From the NCBI GenBank assembly GCA_053919585.1, contig CM132828.1: a DNA stretch of 64,000 nucleotides; one strand, given 5' to 3'. A program made the position numbers and the translations under genes. Of the stretch, positions 11,801 to 25,600 are shown piece after piece. The stretch is from Euprymna scolopes. Lineage: Eukaryota. Each line of letters starts with the position of its first letter. The stretch's first letter is position 1. The notes under the pieces were generated by a model. It was given only the letters and a program-made list of their open reading frames with translations. It did no database searches and was not told the origin of the DNA.

Positions 11801-14800
11801 CAGATCTAATTTGTTCGACAGCTTTTTTTTGCCTACACATTTTTTAAACAGATCAAATTTATTCGACAGCTTTTTTTGCCTACAGAGTTTTTAAACAGGT
11901 CTAATTTATTCGACAGCTTTTTTGCCTACAGAATTTTTAAACAGATCTAATTTATTCGACAGCTTTTTTTTGCCTACAGAATTTTTAAACAGATCTAATT
12001 TATTCGACAGCTTTTTTTGCCTACAGAGTTTTAAAACAGATCTAATTTATTCGACAGCTTTTTTTGCCTACAGACTTTTTAAACAGATCTAATTTATTCG
12101 ACAGCTTTTTTTTGCCTACAGAGTTTTTAAACAGATCTAATTTATTCGACAGTTTTTTTTTTGCCTACAGAATTTTTAAACAGATCTAATTTATTCGACA
12201 GCTTTTTTTGCCTACAGAGTTTTTAAACAGATCTAATTTATTCGACAGCTTTTTTAGCCTACAGAGTTTTTAAACAGATCTAATTTATTCGACAGTTTGT
12301 TTTTTGCCTACAGATTTTTTAAACAGATCTAATTTATTCGACAGTTTTTTCTGCCTACAGAGTTTTTAAACAGATCTAATTTGTTCGACAGCTTTTTTTT
12401 GCCTACAGAATTTTTAAACAGATCTAATTTATTCGACAGCCTTTTTTTGCCTACAGAGTTTTTAAACAGATCTAATTTGTTCGACAGCTTTTTTTTGCCT
12501 ACACATTTTTAAAACAGATCTAATTTATTCGACAGCTTTTTTTGCCTACAGAGTTTTTAAACAGATCTAATTTATTCGACAGCTTTTTTGCCTACAGAGT
12601 TTTTAAACAGATCTGATTTATTCGACAGCTTTTTTTGCATACAGAGTTTTTAAACAGATCTAATTTATTCGACAGCTTTTTTGCCTACAGATTTTTAAAA
12701 CAGATCTAATTTATTCGACAGCTTTTTTGCCTACAGACTTTTTAAACAGATCTAATTTATTCGACAGCTTTTTTTTGCCTACAGAGTTTTTAAACAGATC
12801 TAATTTATTTGACAGCTTTTTTAGCCTACAGAGTTTTTAAACAGATCTAATTTATTCGACAGCTTTTTTTTGCCTACAGAGTTTTTAAACAGATCTAATT
12901 TATTCGACAGCTTTTTTTTTGCCTACAGAATTTTTAAACATATCTAATTTATTCGACAGCTTTTTTTACCTACAGAGTTTTTAAACAGGTCTAATTTATT
13001 CGACAGCTTTTTTTGCATACAGAGTTTTTAAACAGATCTAATTCATTCGACAGCTTTTTTTGCCTACAGAGTTTTTAAACAGATCTAATTCATTCGACAG
13101 CTTTTTTTGCCTACAGAGTTTTTAAACAGATCTAATTTATTCGACAACTTTTTTGCCTACAGATTTTTTAAACAGATCTAATTTATTCGACAGCTTTTTT
13201 TTGCCTACAGAGTTTTTAAACAGATCTAATTTATTCGACGGCTTTTTTTGCCTACAGAGTTTTTAAACAGATCTAATTTATTCGACAGCTTTTTTTGCCT
13301 ACAGAGTTTTTAAACAGATCTAATTTATTCGACAGCTTTTTTTGCCTAAAGAGTTTTTTAACAGATCTAATTTATTCGACAGCTTTTTTGCCTACAGAGT
13401 TTTAAAACAGATCTAATTTATTCGACAGCTTTTTTTGCCTACAGAGTTTTTAAACAGATCTAATTTATTCGACAGCTTCTTTTTTGCCTACAGAGTTTTT
13501 AAACAAATCTAATTTATTCGACAGCTTTTTTTTGCCTACAGACTTTTAAACAGATCTAATTTATTCGACAGCTTTTTTTTGCCTACAAAGTTTTTAAACA
13601 GATCTAATTTATTCGACAACTTTTTTTGCCTACAGAGTTTTTAAACAGATCTAATTTGTTCGACAGCTTTTTTTTGCCTACACATTTTTTAAACAGATCT
13701 AATTTATACGACAGCTTTTTTTGCCTACAGAGTTTTTAAACAGGTCTAATTTATTCGACAGCTTTTTTGCCTACAGAATTTTTAAACAGATCTAATTTAT
13801 TCGACAGCTTTTTTTTGCCTACAGAATTTTAAAACAGATCTAATTTATTCGACAGCTTTTTTTGCCTACAGACTTTTTAAACAGATCTAATTTATTCGAC
13901 AGCTTTTTTTTGCCTACAGAGTTTTTAAACAGATCTAATTTATTCGACAGTTTTTTTTTGCCTACAGAATTTTTAAACAGATCTAATTTATTCGACAGCT
14001 TTTTTTGCCTACAGAGTTTTTAAACAGATCTAATTTATTCGACAGCTTTTTTAGCCTACAGAGTTTTTAAACAGATCTAATTTATTCGACAGTTTGTTTT
14101 TTGCCTCCAGATTTTTTAAACAGATCTAATTTATTCGACAGTTTTTTCTGCCTACAGAGTTTTTAAACAGATCTAATTTGTTCGACAGCTTTTTTTTGCC
14201 TACAGAATTTTTAAACAGATCTAATTTATTCGACAGCTTTTTTTTGCCTACAGAGTTATAAAACAGATCTAATTTATTCGACAGCTTTTTTTGCCTACAG
14301 AGTTTTTAACAGATCTAATTTGTTCGACAGCTTTTTTTTGCCTACACATTTTTTAAACAGATCTAATTTATTCGACAGCTTTTTTTGCCTACAGAGTTTT
14401 TAAACAGATCTAATTTATTCGACAGCTTTTTTGCCTACAGAGTTTTTAAACAGATCTAATTTATTCGACAGCTTTTTTTGCATACAGAGTTTTTAAACAG
14501 ATCTAATTTATTCGACAGCTTTTTTGCCTACAGATTTTTAAAACAGATCTAATTTATTCGACAGCTTTTTTGCCTACAGACTTTTTAAACAGATCAAATT
14601 TATTCGACAGCTTTTTTTTGCCTACAGAGTTTTTAAACAGATCTAATTTATTCGACAGCTTTTTTAGCCTACAGAGTTTTTAAACAGATCTAATTTATTC
14701 GACAGCTTTTTTGCCTACAGAGTTTTTAAACAGATCTAATTTGTTCGACAGCTTTTTTTTGCCTACACATTTTTTAAACAGATCTAATTTATTCGACAGC

Positions 14801-17429
14801 TTTTTTTGCCTGCAGAGTTTTTAAACAGGTCTTATTTATTCGACAGCTTTTTTGCCTACAGAATTTTTAAACAGATCTAATTTATTCGACAGCTTTTTTT
14901 TGCCTACAGAGTTTTTAAACAGATCTAATTTATTCGACAGCTTTTTTTGTCCTACAGAGGTTTAAAACAGATCTAATTTATTCGACAGCTTTTTTTGCCT
15001 ACAGAGTTTTTAAACAGATCTAATTTATTCGACAGCTTTTTTTTGCCTACAGAGTTTTTAAACAGATCTAATTTGTTCGACAGCTTTTTTTTGCCTACAC
15101 ATTTTTAAAACAGATCTAATTTATTCGACAGCTTTTTTTGCCTACAGAGTTTTTAAACAGATCTAATTTATTCGACAGCTTTTTTGCCTACAGAGTTTTT
15201 AAACAGATCTGATTTATTCGACAGCTTTTTTTGCATACAGAGTTTTTAAACAGATCTAATTTATTCGACAGCTTTTTTGCCTACAGATTTTTAAAACAGA
15301 TCTAATTTATTCGACAGCTTTTTTGCCTACAGACTTTTTAAACAGATCATTTTATTCGACAGCTTTTTTTTGCCTACAGAGTTTTTAAACAGATCTAATT
15401 TATTTGACAGCTTTTTTAGCCTACAGAGTTTTTAAACAGATCTAATTTATTCGACAGCTTTTTTTTGCCTACAGAGTTTTTAAACAGATCTAATTTATTC
15501 GACAGCTTTTTTTTTGCCTACAGAATTTTTAAACATATCTAATTTATTCGACAGCTTTTTTTACCTACAGAGTTTTTAAACAGGTCTAATTTATTCGACA
15601 GCTTTTTTTGCATACAGAGTTTTTAAACAGATCTAATTCATTCGACAGCTTTTTTTGCCTACAGAGTTTTTAAACAGATCTAATTCATTCGACAGCTTTT
15701 TTTGCCTACAGAGTTTTTAAACAGATCTAATTTATTCGACAACTTTTTTGCCTACAGATTTTTTAAACAGATCTAATTTATTCGACAGCTTTTTTTTGCC
15801 TACAGAGTTTTTAAACAGATCTAATTTATTCGACGGCTTTTTTTGCCTACAGAGTTTTTAAACAGATCTAATTTATTCGACAGCTTTTTTTGCCTACAGA
15901 GTTTTTAAACAGATCTAATTTATTCGACAGCTTTTTTTGCCTAAAGAGTTTTTTAACAGATCTAATTTATTCGACAGCTTTTTTGCCTACAGAGTTTTAA
16001 AACAGATCTAATTTATTCGACAGCTTTTTTTGCCTACAGAGTTTTTAAACAGATCTAATTTATTCGACAGCTTCTTTTTTGCCTACAGAGTTTTTAAACA
16101 AATCTAATTTATTCGACAGCTTTTTTTTGCCTACAGACTTTTAAACAGATCTAATTTATTCGACAGCTTTTTTTTGCCTACAAAGTTTTTAAACAGATCT
16201 AATTTATTCGACAACTTTTTTTGCCTACAGAGTTTTTAAACAGATCTAATTTGTTCGACAGCTTTTTTTTGCCTACACATTTTTTAAACAGATCTAATTT
16301 ATACGACAGCTTTTTTTGCCTACAGAGTTTTTAAACAGGTCTAATTTATTCGACAGCTTTTTTGCCTACAGAATTTTTAAACAGATCTAATTTATTCGAC
16401 AGCTTTTTTTTGCCTACAGAATTTTAAAACAGATCTAATTTATTCGACAGCTTTTTTTGCCTACAGAGTTTTTAAACAGATCTAATTTATTCGACAGCTT
16501 TTTTAGCCTACAGAGTTTTTAAACAGATCTAATTTATTCGACAGTTTGTTTTTTGCCTCCAGATTTTTTAAACAGATCTAATTTATTCGACAGTTTTTTC
16601 TGCCTACAGAGTTTTTAAACAGATCTAATTTGTTCGACAGCTTTTTTTTGCCTACAGAATTTTTAAACAGATCTAATTTATTCGACAGCTTTTTTTTGCC
16701 TACAGAGTTATAAAACAGATCTAATTTATTCGACAGCTTTTTTTGCCTACAGAGTTTTTAACAGATCTAATTTGTTCGACAGCTTTTTTTTGCCTACACA
16801 TTTTTTAAACAGATCTAATTTATTCGACAGCTTTTTTTGCCTACAGAGTTTTTAAACAGATCTAATTTATTCGACAGCTTTTTTGCCTACAGATTTTTTA
16901 AACAGATCTAATTTATTCGACAGCTTTTTTTGCATACAGAGTTTTTAAACAGATCTAATTTATTCGACAGCTTTTTTGCCTACAGATTTTTAAAACAGAT
17001 CTAATTTATTCGACAGCTTTTTTTTGCCTACAGAGTTTTTAAACAGATCTAATTTATTCGACAGCTTTTTTTTGCCTACAGAGTTTTTAAACAGATCTAA
17101 TTTATTCGACAGCTTTTTTTGCCTACACATTTTTTAAACAGATCTAATTTATTCGACAGCTTTTTTTGCCTACAGAGTTTTTAAACAGATCTAATTTATT
17201 CGACAGCTTTTTTGCCTACAGAGTTTTTAAACAGATCTAATTTATTCGACAGCTTTTTTTGCCTCCAGATTTTTTAAACAGATCTAATTTATTCGACAGC
17301 TTTTTTGCCTAGAGATTTTTAAAACTGATCTAATTTATTCGACAGCTTTTTTGCCTACAGACTTTTTAAACAGATCTAATTTATTCGACAGCTTTTTTTT
17401 GCCTACAGAGTTTTTAAACAGATCTAATT
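8881..17429. repeat. Domain A macro-repeat copy 2 (~8,549 bp)
   Basis: Bounded by the rare TATTAGACAG variant at 8881 and 17430. Shares private variants TCGATAGC, TATTAAACAGC, GCCCACAG, CTGCAG (5931/14810) and TTGTCCTAC with copy 1. Confidence 0.88.
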
Positions 17430-20400
17430 TATTAGACAGCTTTTTTAGCCTACAGAGTTTTTAAACAGATCTAATTTATTCGACAGCTTTTTTGCCTACA
17501 GAGTTTTTAAACAGATCTAATTTATTCGACAGCTTTTTTTTTGCCTACAGAGTTTTTAAACATATCTAATTTATTCGACAGCTTTTTTTACCTACAGAGT
17601 TTTTAAACAGGTCTAATTTATTCGACAGCTTTTTTTGCATACAGAGTTTTTAAACAGATCTAATTCATTCGACAGCTTTTTTTGCCTACAGAGTTTTTAA
17701 ACAGATCTAATTCATTCGACAGCTTTTTTTGCCTACAGAGTTTTTAAACAGATCTAATTTATTCGACAACTTTTTTTACCTACAGAGTTTTTAAACAGGT
17801 CTAATTTATTCGACAGCTTTTTTTGCATACAGAGTTTTTAAACAGATCTAATTCATTCGACAGCTTTTTTTGCCTACAGAGTTTTTAAACAGATCTAATT
17901 CATTCGACAGCTTTTTTTGCCTACAGAATTTTGAAACAGATCTAATTTATTCGACAACTTTTTTGCCTACAGATTTTTTAAACAGATCTAATTTATTCGA
18001 CAGCTTTTTTTTGCCTACAGAGTTTTTAAACAGATCTAATTTATTCGACGGCTTTTTTTGCCTACAGAGTTTTTAAACAGATCTAATTTATTCGACAGCT
18101 TTTTTTGCCTACAGAGTTTTAAAACAGATCTAATTTATTCGACAGCTTTTTTTGCCTACAGAGTGTTTAAACAGATCTAATTTATTCGACAGCTTCTTTT
18201 TTGCCTACAGAGTTTTTAAACAGATCTAATTTATTCGACAGCTTTTTTTTGCCTACAGACTTTTTAAACAGATCTAATTTATTCGACAGCTTTTTTTTGC
18301 CTACAGAATTTTTAAACAGATCTAATTTATTCGACAGCTTTTTTTGCATACAGAGTTTTTAAACAGATCTAATTTGTTCGACAGCTTTTTTTTGCCTTCA
18401 CATTTTTTAAACAGATCAAATTTATTCGACAGCTTTTTTTGCCTACAGAGTTTTTAAACAGGTCTAATTTATTCGACAGCTTTTTTGCCTACAGAATTTT
18501 TAAACAGATCTAATTTATTCGACAGCTTTTTTTTGCCTACAGAATTTTTAAACAGATCTAATTTATTCGACAGCTTTTTTTGCCTACAGAGTTTTAAAAC
18601 AGATCTAATTTATTCGACAGCTTTTTTTGCCTACAGACTTTTTAAACAGATCTAATTTATTCGACAGCTTTTTTTGCCTACAGAGTTTTTAAACAGATCT
18701 AATTTATTCGACAGTTTTTTTTTGCCTACAGAATTTTTAAACAGATCTAATTTATTCGACAGCTTTTTTTGCCTACAGAGTTTTTAAACAGATCTAATTT
18801 ATTCGACAGCTTTTTTAGCCTACAGAGTTTTTAAATAGATCTAATTTATTCGACAGTTTGTTTTTTGCCTACAGATTTTTTAAACAGATCTAATTTATTC
18901 GACAGTTTTTTCTGCCTACAGAGTTTTTAAACAGATCTAATTTGTTCGACAGCTTTTTTTTGCCTACAGAATTTTTAAACAGATCTAATTTATTCGACAG
19001 CCTTTTTTTGCCTACAGAGTTTTTAAACAGATCTAATTTGTTCGACAGCTTTTTTGTGCCTACACATTTTTTAAACAGATCTAATTTATTCGACAGCTTT
19101 TTTTGCCTACAGAGTTTTTAAACAGATCTAATTTATTCGACAGCTTTTTTGCCTACAGAGTTTTTAAACAGATCTGATTTATTCGACAGCTTTTTTTGCA
19201 TACAGAGTTTTTAAACAGATCTAATTTATTCGACAGCTTTTTTGCCTACAGATTTTTTAAACAGATCTAATTTATTCGACAGCTTTTTTGCCTACAGACT
19301 TTTTAAACAGATCTAATTTATTCGACAGCTTTTTTTTGCCTACAGAGTTTTTAAACAGATCTAATTTATTTGACAGCTTTTTTAGCCTACAGAGTTTTTA
19401 AACAGATCTAATTTATTCGACAGCTTTTTTAGCCTACAGAGTTTTTAAACAGATCTAATTTATTCGACAGCTTTTTTTTTGCCTACAGAATTTTTAAACA
19501 TATCTAATTTATTCGACAGCTTTTTTTACCTACAGAGTTTTTAAACAGGTCTAATTTATTCGACAGCTTTTTTTGCATACAGAGTTTTTAAACAGATCTA
19601 ATTCATTCGACAGCTTTTTTTGCCTACAGAGTTTTTAAACAGATCTAATTCATTCGACAGCTTTTTTTGCCTACAGAGTTTTTAAACAGATCTAATTTAT
19701 TCGACAACTTTTTTGCCTACAGATTTTTTAAACAGATCTAATTCATTCGACAGCTTTTTTTTGCCTACAGAGTTTTTAAACAGATCTAATTTATTCAACG
19801 GCTTTTTTTGCCTACAGAGTTTTTAAACAGATCTAATTTATTCGACAGCTTTTTTTGCCTACAGAGTTTTTAAACAGATCTAATTTATTCGACAGCTTTT
19901 TTTGCCTAAAGAGTTTTTAAACAGATCTAATTCATTCGACAGCTTTTTTGCCTACAGAGTTTTAAAACAGATCTAATTTATTCGACAGCTTTTTTTGCCT
20001 ACAGAGTTTTTAAACAGATCTAATTTATTCGACGGCTTTTTTGCCTACAGAGTTTTTAAACAGATCTAATTTATTCGACAGCTTTTTTTGCATACAGAGT
20101 TTTAAAACAGATCTAATTTATTCGACAGCTTTTTTTGCCTACAGAGTGTTTAAACAGATCTAATTTATTCGACAGCTTCTTTTTTGCCTACAGAGTTTTT
20201 AAACAGATCTAATTTATTCGACAGCTTTTTTTTGCCTACAGACTTTTTAAACAGATCTAATTTATTCGACAGCTTTTTTTTGCCTACAGAATTTTTAAAC
20301 AGATCTAATTTATTCGACAGCTTTTTTTGCATACAGAGTTTTTAAACAGATCTAATTTGTTCGACAGCTTTTTTTTGCCTACACATTTTTTAAACAGATC

Positions 20401-23400
20401 AAATTTATTCGACAGCTTTTTTTGCCTACAGAGTTTTTAAACAGGTCTAATTTATTCGACAGCTTTTTTGCCTACAGAATTTTTAAACAGATCTAATTTA
20501 TTCGACAGCTTTTTTTTGCCTACAGAATTTTTAAACAGATCTAATTTATTCGACAGCTTTTTTTGCCTACAGAGTTTTAAAACAGATCTAATTTATTCGA
20601 CAGCTTTTTTTTGCCTACAGACTTTTTAAACAGATCTAATTTATTCGACAGCTTTTTTTTGCCTACAGAGTTTTTAAACAGATCTAATTTATTCGACAGT
20701 TTTTTTTTTGCCTACAGAATTTTTAAACAGATCTAATTTATTCGACAGCTTTTTTTGCCTACAGAGTTTTTAAACAGATCTAATTTATTCGACAGCTTTT
20801 TTAGCCTACAGAGTTTTTAAACAGATCTAATTTATTCGACAGTTTGTTTTTTGCCTACAGATTTTTTAAACAGATCTAATTTATTCGACAGTTTTTTCTG
20901 CCTACAGAGTTTTTAAACAGATCTAATTTGTTCGACAGCTTTTTTTTGCCTACAGAGTTTTTAAACAGATCTAATTTATTCGACAGCCTTTTTTTGCCTA
21001 CAGAGTTTTTAAACAGATCTAATTTGTTCGACAGCTTTTTTTTGCCTACACATTTTTAAAACAGATCTAATTTATTCGACAGCTTTTTTTGCCTACAGAG
21101 TTTTTAAACAGATCTAATTTATTCGACAGCTTTTTTGCCTACAGAGTTTTTAAACAGATCTGATTTATTCGACAGCTTTTTTTGCATACAGAGTTTTTAA
21201 ACAGATCTAATTTATTCGACAGCTTTTTTGCCTACAGATTTTTAAAACAGATCTAATTTATTCGACAGCTTTTTTGCCTACAGACTTTTTAAACAGATCT
21301 AATTTATTCGACAGCTTTTTTTGCCTACAGAGTTTTTAAACAGGTCTAATTTATTCGACAGCTTTTTTTGCATACAGAGTTTTTAAACAGATCTAATTCA
21401 TTCGACAGCTTTTTTTGCCTACAGAGTTTTTAAACAGATCTAATTTATTCGACAGCTTTTTTTGCCTACAGAGTTTTTAAACAGATCTAATTTATTCGAC
21501 AGCTTTTTTTGCCTAAAGAGTTTTTAAACAGATCTAATTCATTCGACAGCTTTTTTGCCTACAGAGTTTTAAAACAGATCTAATTTATTCGACAGCTTTT
21601 TTTGCCTACAGAGTTTTTAAACAGATCTAATTTATTCGACGGCTTTTTTTGCCTACAGAGTTTTTAAACAGATCTAATTTATTCGACAGCTTTTTTTGCC
21701 TACAGAGTTTTAAAACAGATCTAATTTATTCGACAGCTTTTTTTGCCTACAGAGTGTTTAAACAGATCTAATTTATTCGACAGCTTCTTTTTTGCCTACA
21801 GAGTTTTTAAACAGATCTAATTTATTCGACAGCTTTTTTTTGCCTACAGACTTTTTAAACAGATCTAATTTATTCGACAGCTTTTTTTTGCCTACAGAAT
21901 TTTTAAACAGATCTAATTTATTCGACAGCTTTTTTTGCATACAGAGTTTTTAAACAGATCTAATTTGTTCGACAGCTTTTTTTTGCCTACACATTTTTTA
22001 AACAGATCAAATTTATTCGACAGCTTTTTTTGCCTACAGAGTTTTTAAACAGGTCTAATTTATTCGACAGCTTTTTTGCCTACAGAATTTTTAAACAGAT
22101 CTAATTTATTCGACAGCTTTTTTTTGCCTACAGAATTTTTAAACAGATCTAATTTATTCGACAGCTTTTTTTGCCTACAGAGTTTTAAAACAGATCTAAT
22201 TTATTCGACAGCTTTTTTTTGCCTACAGACTTTTTAAACAGATCTAATTTATTCGACAGCTTTTTTTTGCCTACAGAGTTTTTAAACAGATCTAATTTAT
22301 TCGACAGTTTTTTTTTTGCCTACAGAATTTTTAAACAGATCTAATTTATTCGACAGCTTTTTTTGCCTACAGAGTTTTTAAACAGATCTAATTTATTCGA
22401 CAGCTTTTTTAGCCTACAGAGTTTATAAACAGATCTAATTTATTCGACAGTTTGTTTTTTGCCTACAGATTTTTTAAACAGATCTAATTTATTCGACAGT
22501 TTTTTCTGCCTACAGAGTTTTTAAACAGATCTAATTTGTTCGACAGCTTTTTTTTGCCTACAGAGTTTTTAAACAGATCTAATTTATTCGACAGCCTTTT
22601 TTTGCCTACAGAGTTTTTAAACAGATCTAATTTGTTCGACAGCTTTTTTTTGCCTACACATTTTTAAAACAGATCTAATTTATTCGACAGCTTTTTTTGC
22701 CTACAGAGTTTTTAAACAGATCTAATTTATTCGACAGCTTTTTTGCCTACAGAGTTTTTAAACAGATCTGATTTATTCGACAGCTTTTTTTGCATACAGA
22801 GTTTTTAAACAGATCTAATTTATTCGACAGCTTTTTTGCCTACAGATTTTTAAAACAGATCTAATTTATTCGACAGCTTTTTTGCCTACAGACTTTTTAA
22901 ACAGATCTAATTTATTCGACAGCTTTTTTTACCTACAGAGTTTTTAAACAGGTCTAATTTATTCGACAGCTTTTTTTGCATACAGAGTTTTTAAACAGAT
23001 CTAATTCATTCGACAGCTTTTTTTGCCTACAGAGTTTTTAAACAGATCTAATTCATTCGACAGCTTTTTTTGCCTACAGAGTTTTTAAACAGATCTAATT
23101 TATTCGACAACTTTTTTGCCTACAGATTTTTTAAACAGATCTAATTTATTCGACAGCTTTTTTTTGCCTACAGAGTTTTTAAACAGATCTAATTTATTCG
23201 ACGGCTTTTTTTGCCTACAGAGTTTTTAAACAGATCTAATTTATTCGACAGCTTTTTTTGCCTACAGAGTTTTTAAACAGATCTAATTTATTCGACAGCT
23301 TTTTTTGCCTAAAGAGTTTTTTAACAGATCTAATTTATTCGACAGCTTTTTTGCCTACAGAGTTTTAAAACAGATCTAATTTATTCGACAGCTTTTTTTG

Positions 23401-25600
23401 CCTACAGAGTTTTTAAACAGATCTAATTTATTCGACAGCTTCTTTTTTGCCTACAGAGTTTTTAAACAAATCTAATTTATTCGACAGCTTTTTTTTGCCT
23501 ACAGACTTTTAAACAGATCTAATTTATTCGACAGCTTTTTTTTGCCTACAAAGTTTTTAAACAGATCTAATTTATTCGACAACTTTTTTTGCCTACAGAG
23601 TTTTTAAACAGATCTAATTTGTTCGACAGCTTTTTTTTGCCTACACATTTTTTAAACAGATCTAATTTATACGACAGCTTTTTTTGCCTACAGAGTTTTT
23701 AAACAGGTCTAATTTATTCGACAGCTTTTTTGCCTACAGAATTTTTAAACAGATCTAATTTATTCGACAGCTTTTTTTTGCCTACAGAATTTTAAAACAG
23801 ATCTAATTTATTCGACAGCTTTTTTTGCCTACAGACTTTTTAAACAGATCTAATTTATTCGACAGCTTTTTTTTGCCTACAGAGTTTTTAAACAGATCTA
23901 ATTTATTCGACAGTTTTTTTTTGCCTACAGAATTTTTAAACAGATCTAATTTATTCGACAGCTTTTTTTGCCTACAGAGTTTTTAAACAGATCTAATTTA
24001 TTCGACAGCTTTTTTAGCCTACAGAGTTTTTAAACAGATCTAATTTATTCGACAGTTTGTTTTTTGCCTCCAGATTTTTTAAACAGATCTAATTTATTCG
24101 ACAGTTTTTTCTGCCTACAGAGTTTTTAAACAGATCTAATTTGTTCGACAGCTTTTTTTTGCCTACAGAGTTTTTAAACAGATCTAATTTATTCGACAGC
24201 TTTTTTTGCCTACAGAGTTATAAAACAGATCTAATTTATTCGACAGCTTTTTTTGCCTACAGAGTTTTTAACAGATCTAATTTGTTCGACAGCTTTTTTT
24301 TGCCTACACATTTTTTAAACAGATCTAATTTATTCGACAGCTTTTTTTGCCTACAGAGTTTTTAAACAGATCTAATTTATTCGACAGCTTTTTTGCCTAC
24401 AGAGTTTTTAAACAGATCTAATTTATTCGACAGCTTTTTTTGCATACAGAGTTTTTAAACAGATCTAATTTATTCGACAGCTTTTTTGCCTACAGATTTT
24501 TAAAACAGATCTAATTTATTCGACAGCTTTTTTGCCTACAGACTTTTTAAACAGATCTAATTTATTCGACAGCTTTTTTTTGCCTACAGATTTTTTAAAC
24601 AGATCTAATTTATTCGACAGCTTTTTTAGCCTACAGAGTTTTTAAACAGATCTAATTTATTCGACAGCTTTTTTGCCTACAGAGTTTTTAAACAGATCTA
24701 ATTTGTTCGACAGCTTTTTTTGCCTACACATTTTTTAAACAGATCTAATTTATTCGACAGCTTTTTTTGCCTGCAGAGTTTTTAAACAGGTCTTATTTAT
24801 TCGACAGCTTTTTTGCCTACAGAATTTTAAACAGATCTAATTTATTCGACAGCTTTTTTTGCCTACAGAGGTTTAAAACAGATCTAATTTATTCGACAGC
24901 TTTTTTTGCCTACAGACTTTTTAAACAGATCTAATTTATTCGACAGCTTTTTTTTGCCTACAGAGGTTTAAAACAGATCTAATTTATTCGACAGCTTTTT
25001 TTGCCTACAGACTTTTTAAACAGATCTAATTTATTCGACAGCTTTTTTTTGCCTACAGAGTTTTTAAACAGATCTAATTTATTCGACAGTTTTTTTTGCC
25101 TACAGAATTTTTAAACAGATCTAATTCATTCGACAGCTTTTTTTGCCTACAGAGTTTTTAAACAGATCTAATTTATTCGACAGCTTTTTTAGCCTACAGA
25201 GTTTTTAAACAGATCTAATTTATTCGACAGTTTGTTTTTTGCCTACAGATTTTTTAAACAGATCTAATTTATTCGACAGTTTTTTCTGCCTACAGAGTTT
25301 TTAAACAGATCTAATTTGTTCGACAGCTTTTTTTTGCCTACAGAATTTTTAAACAGATCTAATTTATTCGACAGCTTTTTTTTGCCTACAGAGTTTTTAA
25401 ACAGATCTAATTTATTCGACAGCTTTTTTTTGCCTACAGACTTTTTAAACAGATCTAATTTATTCGACAGCTTTTTTTTTGCCTACAGAGTTTTTAAACA
25501 GATCTAATTTATTCGACAGCTTTTTTTGCCTACAGCGTTTTTAAACAGATCTAATTTATTCGACAGCTTTTTTTGCCTACAGAGTTTTTAAACAGATCTA
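17430..25600. repeat. Domain A macro-repeat copy 3 (more diverged, with an internal 1,608-bp duplication)
   Basis: Starts with TATTAGACAG, carries the same 4-monomer duplication near 17590 and the CTGCAG variant at 24771. Markers 20148/21756 and 20843/22451 are both offset by 1608. Confidence 0.75.
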
